Source of the DNA: Psammoneis japonica
Taxonomy: Eukaryota
Direction of reading: 5' to 3'
NCBI GenBank assembly: GCA_008632985.1
Contig: QPGO01000319.1
Span: forward strand, 1-56,353
DNA length: 56,353 nt
The notes beneath the pieces are model-generated. The model saw only the letters and a list, made by a program, of their open reading frames with translations, did not search any database and was not told where the DNA came from. Positions 47,509 through 56,353 of the stretch are shown here, piece after piece. Positions within the stretch are counted from its first letter, which is position 1, and each line of letters opens with the position of its first letter. Made by a program: the position numbers and the translations under genes.

Positions 47509-48291
47509 ATGGAAATCTCAGCTCCTGTGTTGTTGAGACCGGAAGAGGTTTCGGAAGATTTTATTTGTTCCATCTGCATGACGATTCCAGTCGAGCCCGT
47601 CATCATCACTCGTTGTGAGCATCTCTTTTGCAAAACGTGTATACATCAAGCGCTTGAACTACAGAGTCAGTGTCCCGTGGACCGAGAACCTTGCACGCTG
47701 GGCCAAGTTTCATCCCTCTCGGGATTGTTGTATCGAGTGTGGAGTGGTCTCCAGGTGAAGTGTGGAAAGCACGATGAAGGATGCGCCTGGACGGGATCGA
47801 TTGCAGATTATTCCAATCACGCAGAACGCTGCAATTCGGGTCGTAATAGAGTGGATGAAAATCGACATTTTCAAACTATTCAAAACCTAAAACAAAAGCT
47901 TGAAGAGGCTGAAATCGACAAGAGCAGTCTCCGGACGGAGCTGGAAGGAAAGAAACGCCAAATTCAACAACTCAAGGCCGAGCTTGCCGCACGTCCCAAC
48001 GGTCCCTGCGCTTTTACTGGAAACTATAATTTCACCCGAGACAATGTGGTTAAACTTTCCCAACTCATTTCTCGTTATCTGGAGAATCGTCCGTCGTACA
48101 TTGATGCTAATAAAATCTTCAATTGTGTCCAAAACTGCTACACAGATTTGAAAAATGATTACGGTGACAACCCAGAGTACTATTACATGGATATGCGAAT
48201 GCTCCTTACAACGTGCGCCGCAAGCACTTGGTTTACTGATTCTCAGCTCAATAAAATCAAACAATGGCTTGCAGAGAAAAATTGGTCGTAA
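47509..48291 (+). CDS. RING finger / TRAF-type zinc finger protein with coiled coil
   Basis: CSIC...CEHLFCKTC...CPVD RING, VKC...GCAWTG...H..RC zinc finger, heptad region. Confidence 0.9.
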   Translation: MEISAPVLLRPEEVSEDFICSICMTIPVEPVIITRCEHLFCKTCIHQALELQSQCPVDREPCTLGQVSSLSGLLYRVWSGLQVKCGKHDEGCAWTGSIADYSNHAERCNSGRNRVDENRHFQTIQNLKQKLEEAEIDKSSLRTELEGKKRQIQQLKAELAARPNGPCAFTGNYNFTRDNVVKLSQLISRYLENRPSYIDANKIFNCVQNCYTDLKNDYGDNPEYYYMDMRMLLTTCAASTWFTDSQLNKIKQWLAEKNWS

Positions 48292-49107
48292 AGAAAGAAG
48301 ACGATGCCTTTATACTGTACGGGATTTTTTGCAATGACAAAACAATAACACCATAACTTCTAGTTCAGCGAGATATCTAAGTCTGCTTGTGTTCTTCCCC
48401 GACTCGAGAAAAAAGAGTCCCTTGGTCAAGTCCATGTATGCCTCCTCTCTAGATTTTCCAGAATGGCGTTGATAGCGCGGACCCCGCCATCAATGTCATG
48501 TGCAACTTGTCGGAGAACCCCCAGACGGACCGGCCAACGATATCTTCTGCATGACGGTGAAACGCGAGCAGAGCCAGGTCTTTGTGTGAAGCTTTTCAAA
48601 ACCTACCTTGACGTTGTCGACATGTCGAAAGAGAAGCTATCGTGGACACCAATTATTATTGTCTACAATGAAATCTCGTTTTGTCGGCCTAGCCAGGACG
48701 GCGCCGCATCGGTAGGTAGATACAATCCGCCACTTCAAAACTCCTCACTGTAAGTAGTACCGGTAGTCTATAATAATGTTGCAGAAACGTAATGTAAGCC
48801 TAGTGTTTTTTCCTTTTGCAGTGGTGTCATCCTGCAGCTCGTTTTGCAACGCCGGACTCAAGAATTGGTTCTTTGTGACGGAGAGGCGCAGCAGCATCGA
48901 CATGCTGAAGCGTGTAACGAAGCCTTTTAACAACATCACACCAACGAGATGGCAATCAGTGATTCGTCTATGAAAAAGGTATCACTAGGTTAATGGCACA
49001 TAGAAATGTTGGTCTCATTGCGAAAGAAAGGGAACAGTAACAAAAGCTCAGCCTCTGCTGTCATTTTTTTGTACATCCTTCCGCAAGAAGTTGAAGGCAC
49101 TTGGTGA

Positions 49108-49644
49108 CTATTTGAAGCTCTTCTTGGAGTCACTGGTCCCCCTGAGAGGGCTTTCTATCATTTCTGCTTCAACACCGCTGCTGCTTTTACTCTTGCCACC
49201 ACCCTTGCCCTTGCTTTTACTCTTGCTACCACCCTTACTCTTGGTACGGCTCCTGGTCTCAGTGCTCTCTTCTTCACTGCTGTCGGTCTCGCTGCTGCTC
49301 TCGCTCTCCATCTCACTGTCGCTGCTTTCGCTCTCCATCTCACTTTCACTGCTTTCGCTTTCCATCTCACTTTCACTGCTCTCGGACTCAACACCGTCGC
49401 TCTCGCTCTCTTCGCCATTGCTTTCGGACTCGCTGTCGCCACTCTCGGGCCCACCGCCGAGGCTCTCGGACTCGCTGTCGCCACTCTCGGGCCCACCGCC
49501 GTTGCTCTCGCTACTGCTTTCGTCGTTCATAACAGAAAGATGCCGATTAAATTTGCGATTAGACTCTCGCACATTTTGTGCAGCAGAGCTTTCAATGAAG
49601 GAAAGCATCAACATGATAAACACGGAGGCAAAGGAGAATTTCAT
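49108..49644 (-). CDS. Secreted Ser/Glu-rich plus Ser/Lys/Gly-rich low-complexity protein (candidate biosilica-associated)
   Basis: Signal peptide, RHL motif, tandem GGGPESGDSESES and SESSESEME repeats, then SKGGSKSKSKGKGGGKSKS. Confidence 0.75.
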   Translation of the reverse strand: MKFSFASVFIMLMLSFIESSAAQNVRESNRKFNRHLSVMNDESSSESNGGGPESGDSESESLGGGPESGDSESESNGEESESDGVESESSESEMESESSESEMESESSDSEMESESSSETDSSEEESTETRSRTKSKGGSKSKSKGKGGGKSKSSSGVEAEMIESPLRGTSDSKKSFK

Positions 49645-52122
49645 TTTATTGGTATTCTATCGTAAGGTACAAAGAACAAATAGTGAGGAAGCAGAAGCAA
49701 ATGAAGCGTAATACCGCTCGTCCATTCGTTCACCAAAACACATCGGCGAAGATCGTTGCAAGGCTGTGCTACTTTACCTTGCTTGGCACTTGTCGACTTG
49801 CAATGTGTGATGAGTAGCCCTACGGGTTGAGTTTTGAAGTTGTGAGCTTGTGAGTGTGTTGTCTGATCATCCGTCGTTGGGTCGTGGATTCGTGTTTTTC
49901 GAATCGTGAAAATAGATCCGTTGAGCAACACTCTATGCAGCGTTATATTCGGTTACTTATAGTATCAAAACTTATATAAACTCTTCAACATTTATGACGT
50001 TAATACAAATTCAAAGGACAAATTCCAAGATCGAAATTCGGTTGAATTTTTCAAATTTGAGGCACGCCAACCAAGCCGAAAGCCGACCAAGGACCAAGCG
50101 TTTCTTTTCTGACTGGCGGGGTAGCGACAATGATTCTGGTTATTCTGCGACCCAGATTGTGAAACAAAGGCGGCGCATTGTGCTGGGATACACTGTTTGT
50201 GGGCTCCTGGGTCACACTAGTCTGGCCTTACTTCCGCATTATCGTAATCCATCTTTGGCAGGGTCGCCTCATGAGCCAAGAAGACAAGATCGCTTTTTGC
50301 TGATTCCGCCAAGGCCGGCTTTCTGTGCGTGGTCTCGTGTGCTTAGACGATTTTGCGAATGCCCGGCTCGAATGCAGGCCAAACGAAAAAGCGCAAAGTG
50401 TGTCAATGCGGAATGACAAAATGTTGGTCGTTGTTTGGATCAAGGGATTGTACTGACTTTAGGATCATAGGATGTGTAATAGTCCAGTCGGTCATTGGCT
50501 CGAGTTTATCGCCACCTCCGTTCGAGAATGTCGAAACGGGGTTAGCACCACTGAATGACATTCGACTACAAGCTCCACGAGGCGCTGAAGAAGACGCTAA
50601 AATGAAGAGGGCAAATGATCAACATATCACACATCCGTGTGGTCTAAACAGTGGTATGCTGAAACGATTCATCCGATTTTCCAGTGGTTCCGCGAATGTC
50701 AGGAACGCAAATCAAAAATTGCCAAATCTCACAGTTCTCAAACGGACGAAGAGCAACCTACATTCATTCAAACAACCCTCATTTTACGATGAAATTTTGA
50801 CAGCACTGCTGGTGCCGCTGTGGCTGACCAATGGCGCGACTAGATCAAAGCGGACTCCATCCCTCCACCTCGCTTCGGTTGCCAACAGTTGCCCGGCGCT
50901 GGGAGGTCGTCGAGTTTGACGGGAACGCAAAGTCGGATCCCCTTCTTCCAGTTGTTTGTAGGAACACCGTCATACTTGCAAAACGACTGCGAGCGTGCTC
51001 TACAGTGACTATTTTTTCAGCTCATCTTTACCGTCCTTGAAGCAATTCCAGCTGTCAATCTCTAGCTAGCGATAAGAATCTTTTGATCGTAACCCTTTAG
51101 CGAAAAAACAGGCAGCCCCTTTGAAAGCAAAAGTTTACCGTACGGTAGCTGGAAAGAGCAAAGAGAATACGGTACTAGAACTTCGAGCACGACGAGCGAA
51201 GTTGTTAGCAGTAGGCCCTCTATTATATTAGGACTCTCTCTACTAGCTAGCCCTACTGTAGAGTCTACTCTCTATCTGCTAGAGTAAGGTAGGTAGAGGC
51301 GAGAAGGAGTCCACGACGGAGAACGGATAAAGTCCGACAGACGTCAGGTCATGAGCACGGCAATGTTATGTCGCTGCAATGAGTCGTCAATCGCCGACTT
51401 CACCAAGACGAAGAAACTCCCAATTTCACTGCATAAGTCGACAAGATAAGAATATGATATAGCACGAATGTCTTTGATGGTTGATTGCGTGACGACGACT
51501 CGCCCCGCGGCACTGTACGGTATGATCCATTTCAATTATTGGCTTGATTTTTTTCGCACGCTCACATCCATCATCCATCTCGATTTTTGCGGCCCGTGAC
51601 GGTGCTTTCGTGTCTCTTTTGTTCCGCCTCCCTTGTACGCTTGCACAAGTGTCACCGTCAATGCCACAAGAGTGCCATGACGGCTGTTATGGCCTTGTGA
51701 TTGCCATGGTTGATGCTTGATGCTTCTCGTTGATGTCGTCGAGTTCGTGAGCGAGCGCGCGACTTACTGACGGCTGACGTCATGGTGTCATCGGCATGTT
51801 CCCCCCCACTTTTTGCCGATTGCTCTTCAAATAATTGAACAAACATGGCGACGGGAGAATTGTCGGTACACTGCTGAAAACTCCGCTTCATCCAAGTACG
51901 CTACGAGCGTTTCATCGTCTTTCATCTCGGCGTTTGGCATGAGAGAGAATGAGAACCCTTTCTTCACGAATCATCGATTTCGATGTCACCGCAGTCGTGT
52001 TTTGCACTGCCGCGATCAAAATCACGGGAATCACAATAAAACGAGAATCCACACATCAAACATAACAACAAGAGAGAGGCAAAGAACTAAAAACAGAGAT
52101 GATTGGAAACAAAATCGAACGC

Positions 52123-53541
52123 ATGGAGAGTGATGATGAAAAGGAGCCACCCCCGCTCGATGAGGGAGACATTTCTCTCTTGAAATCGTACGGAGCTGGC
52201 CCTTACAATTCTCGAATTGCTCAACTCGAAGCCGAAATCGAGACACATCAAAAACGAGTCAAGGACTTGATTGGGATTCGAGAAAGCGACACGGGTCTCG
52301 CTCCCGTGTCGTGTTGGGACTTGCCGGGTGACACACACATGATGCAAGAGGAACGTCCGCTTCAAGTGGCGCGATGCACCAAGATACTACCGGGAAACAG
52401 CAAAGCCGAGACTAGTACTTATGAATCGTGGTTTTTTCCGTCCCAAAAGAAGGCCCGGGGAGACGGAAGTAAATATCTCATAAAGATGGAAAACAATGTG
52501 AGATTTGTGGTGGGTTTAGGAGAAAAGGTGGCTCCTTCGGATATGAAGAAGGAATGAGAGTGGGAGTAGACCAAACAAAGTATTCGATTCAAATGCCACT
52601 TCCAACCGAGATTGACTCTGCCGTCAGCCTCATGACGGTGGAAGAAAAACCCGACGTGACGTATCAAGACGTTGGAGGCGCCAAAAAGGCAATGGAAAGT
52701 TTACGAGAAGTCATGGAGTTGCCCTTGTTGCATCCAGAGCGTTTCATTGCCTTGGGAATTGATCCACCCAAGGGTGTGCTCTTGTACGGGCCTCCTGGCA
52801 CGGGTAAGACGCTGGCGGCACGAGCCGTTGCCAACCGTACCGATGCGTGCTTTATCCGTGTCATTGGATCCGAGCTGGTGAAAAAATACGTGGGAGAAGG
52901 CGCAAGACTGGTGCGGGAACTCTTCAAGGTGGCACGATCCAAGCGGGCGTGTATTGTGTTTTTTGACGAAATCGACGCTATTGGCAGCACTCGTGGCAGT
53001 GGGGACGATGAAGGAAGTGACAATGAAGTACAGCGAACAATGCTTCAGATTGCATCCGAGCTTGACGGGTTTGATGCACGGGGTAACATTAAAGGTACGG
53101 TTCGATTGAAAGTGTATTAATTGATGCGTTTGCTTTTGAACCGTACGACTTTGTTACTCATCTTCTTTTGATGCTACTGCTCTTACAGTCCTCATGGCAA
53201 CAAATAGGCCCGACATTTTGGATCCAGCATTTATAAGACCAGGACGACTCGACCGCAAGGTGGAGTTTTCTCTCCCCGACCTGGAGGGCAGAGAAGAGAT
53301 TTTGAGAATTCATTGCCGAAAAATGAGCATTGACAGGAGCATTCGGTTTGAATTAATTGCGAGACTCTGTCCCAACACGACGGGAGCCGACCTTTGCAGT
53401 GTCTGCACCGAAGCCGGCATGTTTTGTCTCCGAGAACGGCGCAAGACTGTCAGTGAACAAGACTTCCTGAAGTCTGTGGAAAAAGTCATCAAGGGCTACA
53501 AGAAATTCAGTTCCACGCCCAAATACATGGTGTACAACTAG
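52123..53541 (+). CDS. RPT1: 26S proteasome AAA-ATPase subunit Rpt1 (PSMC2), somewhat divergent
   Basis: [50 protein letters not shown]-terminal [11 protein letters not shown]. Intron 53095-53188. Frameshift near 52550. Confidence 0.93.
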
Positions 53542-53652
53542 AGAGAACCACCGAACCAAGTCATTCATACACCAGCTCTAGAAATAAAACTACTACATGG
53601 GTAACATTCTCAGTTTCTCTACACACATTCCAAGACCACCTGTACAAAAAAT

Positions 53653-54821
53653 CTAGAGATATCGCTCCACTTCCTTGAGAGTTTTGGGAGACGCCACCTT
53701 TGTCACTAATTTCTTGACGGCTTGTCGCTGTTCCTCGGAAAAGTAATCATCGTAGGAATGCCCAGGAGAAAACGCGTGCGGTTCTCCTTCGGGTTTGGCT
53801 TCCAAGAAATCCAACATTTTGGAGACAGTCGAATCAAACGACTGCTCGTACTCTTCGTAGTGCACAATATGCGTCGGTAACTTTAACATTTCTTCCGTTT
53901 CAAATGCCAAATTGTGCCATTGAACATAGAGATAAAACTCTCCATGACACGTGACATCGGTAACCGTCTTGAGCATTTCTGCATCTGTAAACACCTCCTT
54001 GTCTTCCTGGGCATATGCGGCATCCATATCGGTACACCACTTGAGAAATCCCGTCTTGTCGTTTGGGTACTTGTTGACAAATTCCTCATTGTCCTTGTTG
54101 GCTTCACCCCGTCGTGCCAAATGAAAGCGAGCAACTAAATTGTTGTAGGGATTTCGAATCAAATGAACCGCCTTGCGGACCCGTTCCGGTGGGTAATTTA
54201 CCATAATGCGATTAATCCGTGGCGAGAGGCGATTGTCACTGGTGGGATCGGGAATACGAGCATGACCCGAAGCACACGCCTTGGTAAAGTTGTGCACGTC
54301 TTCGATATACGTTTTGGGTCCACAGTGAAGACAACGTGATCCGCAGTGTGTTTTCGTCATAATGTACTTGTCCGGCAATTCCTTGGGTCGAGCCACCATT
54401 TTGTTGGGAACCATGCCCGGCCAAAAGGGACCCTCGTCGTGAAAGGGATACACGGGCAAACTCGATTTTCCCTTGAGGGTAACTTCATCGGCGTAATTGG
54501 TGGCGACACTGCGATTCGTCACCTTTTTGATATTCGTCATGGTGTACGAGGTGCCCGAATTGGGAAAGCTCATGAGCCATACAATTTCGGGAGTAAAATC
54601 GGTAAAGTTCAAAAAGTAATGTGTTTCTTCCTTTTTTGCTTCTACTTTCGGTTCTTCATCCTGACGAGGCTTTCTTGTGGAAAGATAATCTCATTGTCAT
54701 TCGTCGTTTCGGAAAAGCCACCCAGCCAAGCCTTTGTTATCAAGTGAGCCATGACGCACAGAAACACAGTGATTGCAACACGCTTTCTCCTCTGGAGTCG
54801 CAACTGCTGAGACAACAACAT
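53653..54821 (-). CDS. Type-II membrane sulfotransferase-family protein
   Basis: N-terminal TM (VAITVFLCVMAHLI), 5'-PSB-like WLMSFPNSGTSYT, KTHC, 3'-PB-like HLIRNPYNNLVARF, VHYEE. Frameshift near 54685. Confidence 0.8.
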
Positions 54822-55413
54822 GGTTGCTGCTTGAGACTCTTTTCAGTAGTGCTATTGATAAGCAGGGGTGTAGTGTGTCTCTGTCAAAGGTTGATAATAA
54901 GCTTCTCGTCAGCGTGGATGGTGTTCTCACGTTGCTTTGAGAGCGTTTCGCGTTTTTTGTTTCGTGGATGAAAAATGCGGACCGTTCGAGCTAGAAATCG
55001 AAAAGATTTGAAATTTATTCGTGCACGAGTGATTATGAATCCAAAATAACATTTCAATATTTCATATGGCATCCAGGAGTTTTGATGTTGAAATGAATGA
55101 CTTCTTCAGACTAGAAGGATATATTAAAATGAACAACATAAGCCAATGAATAATTTAAAACTGTGGATGAATCATGTCTGTTTGGCTTTTGATCGGGTGT
55201 GCCCTGTTGGCGGGAAGAAATCGAAAAAACACGTCACAATTTTTTTGAGCCAACTGGCAGAAAAAAGCAAAGCGAGAGGATTGCGACTGCGTCAGTCAAA
55301 GATCGAAGATACACTCTCCTGTTGCGTGAATCTGACATACTTATTATATAAACATTCGCCACCATTACTGCAATTGGCACTGTGTTTAAGTTGTTGTTAG
55401 AGCACACACCCAA

Positions 55414-56353
55414 ATGAAGTTTGCAAATTCTGCAGTGTTGTTGTACATGGCATCATCCTTTGGCTCGACTGCCAAGGCCTTTTCTTCCGTTTTCTCTCGT
55501 GTCGGTACGTAATCATGTTCTTACAATGACAATGGCCTTGTTTTTTTGCGATTCAAATTCTGACTTTACTCTTTCTTTTACATAGCCCGCAATTCTTGTC
55601 GTGCAAGCAGCAGTACGGTTCGCAACATGGCGGCGGCGGCGGCTACTGCAGAAATCACAAAGACGAATCCCATGCTGGAGCAAGAGGGATTGCCTAAATT
55701 CCAATCGATTGAACCGTCCGATTTGACTCCGGCCGTCAAGGAACTTTTGGAGAAACTCGATGCCGATTTTGAATCCCTCGAACAACAATTGAGTAGTAGT
55801 ATTGAATCGAAGGATGATGTTGTGGACTATGACATGGTCTTGCCGAGTGTGGAACGCATTCAAGACAAGTTGGGATATGCGTGGGGTGTCGCCGGTCATT
55901 TGAATGGAGTTAAGAATAGTGATGATTTGCGTCAAGCTTACGAAGAGAACCAACCGTCGGTGGTCAAGGCCATGACGAAATTTTCTCAATCCAAACCTCT
56001 TACGAGCGCTCGTCAAGTTGCAAAAACAAGAGGGGACTGTTGACCAAGAAGATGACTTTGAAGCGAGTCAAAAGAGCCGTGCTATTGAAAATTCCTTGCG
56101 TTCCATGAAGAATGGTGGAGTTGGATTGGAGGGTGAGGAAAAGGAACGATTTAATGAAATCAAAATGCGTCTTGCCGAATTGAGTACCAATTTTGGAAAT
56201 CACGTCTTGGATGCCACAAAGGCCTATGCGTACACCGTCAACAAGGCGTCATCCATGGAGGGTGTTCCGGATTCCGCCAAGGCCATGTGGGCCAATGCGC
56301 ATGAAATGTACGTCAACAAGGAAAAGGATGAAAAAGACCAAGTCAAGATTGAT
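55414..56353 (+). CDS. Oligopeptidase A (M3 peptidase), organelle-targeted, 3' end off window
   Basis: Leader MKFANSAVLL...AKAF, intron ~55505-55585, NPML...LPKF, WGVAGHLNGVKNSDDLRQAY, RFNEIKMRLAELSTNFGNHVLDAT. Frameshifts near 56000-56090. Confidence 0.9.

Noticed and set aside
48460..48975. Short protein-like fragments
   Set aside because: Broken frames and no recognisable domain; at most a gene remnant.
49990..51940. ORFs 49994-50416, 50353-50919 and minus-strand fragments 51344-51940
   Set aside because: No motifs or consistent exon structure that I can support.
55207..55216. Second E2F-like site TTGGCGGGAA
   Set aside because: Flanking genes (sulfotransferase, peptidase) give no supporting context, and a short motif can occur by chance.
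19079..56353. Frameshifts in both lipases, the helicase, ferroportin, transferase, Rpt1, sulfotransferase and oligopeptidase as pseudogenisation or programmed frameshifting
   Set aside because: These are scattered single-base indels, often in short homopolymers, in otherwise conserved genes without nonsense decay. Long-read consensus error is the simplest explanation; short-read polishing would settle it.

Overview
Eukaryotic, intron-containing, gene-dense DNA, most likely from a pennate diatom (it has an aureochrome-1a orthologue, plastid-targeting presequences, diatom-type LRR genes and a candidate biosilica protein). About 18 protein-coding genes are recognisable: ShKT-prolyl hydroxylase, Man1/Src1, aureochrome, two class-3 lipases, a PhyH dioxygenase, an R3H-DEAH helicase, a serpin, a Tudor-SNF2-AlkA fusion, a GPCR-like protein, ferroportin, a BAHD-like transferase, a RING/TRAF protein, Rpt1, a sulfotransferase and oligopeptidase A. 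Several carry single-base frameshifts that look like assembly errors. The strongest signal is three sharply bounded islands (~5020-7180, ~8800-16160, ~32070-33610) where TpA is largely or almost entirely absent and CpG is lost in the cores. Duplicated segments, LTR pairs and inverted-repeat arms inside the window show TA->TG/CA (and CG->TG/CA) substitutions. This points to a positional, repeat-associated A-to-G hypermutation process unlike fungal RIP. The largest island contains a 416-bp TRIM-like LTR element, an unmutated 388-bp MITE and two LRR pseudogenes. The third island lies directly upstream of an unusual ~2150-aa Tudor-like/SNF2-ATPase/HhH-GPD glycosylase fusion gene. All counts and alignments were made by eye.
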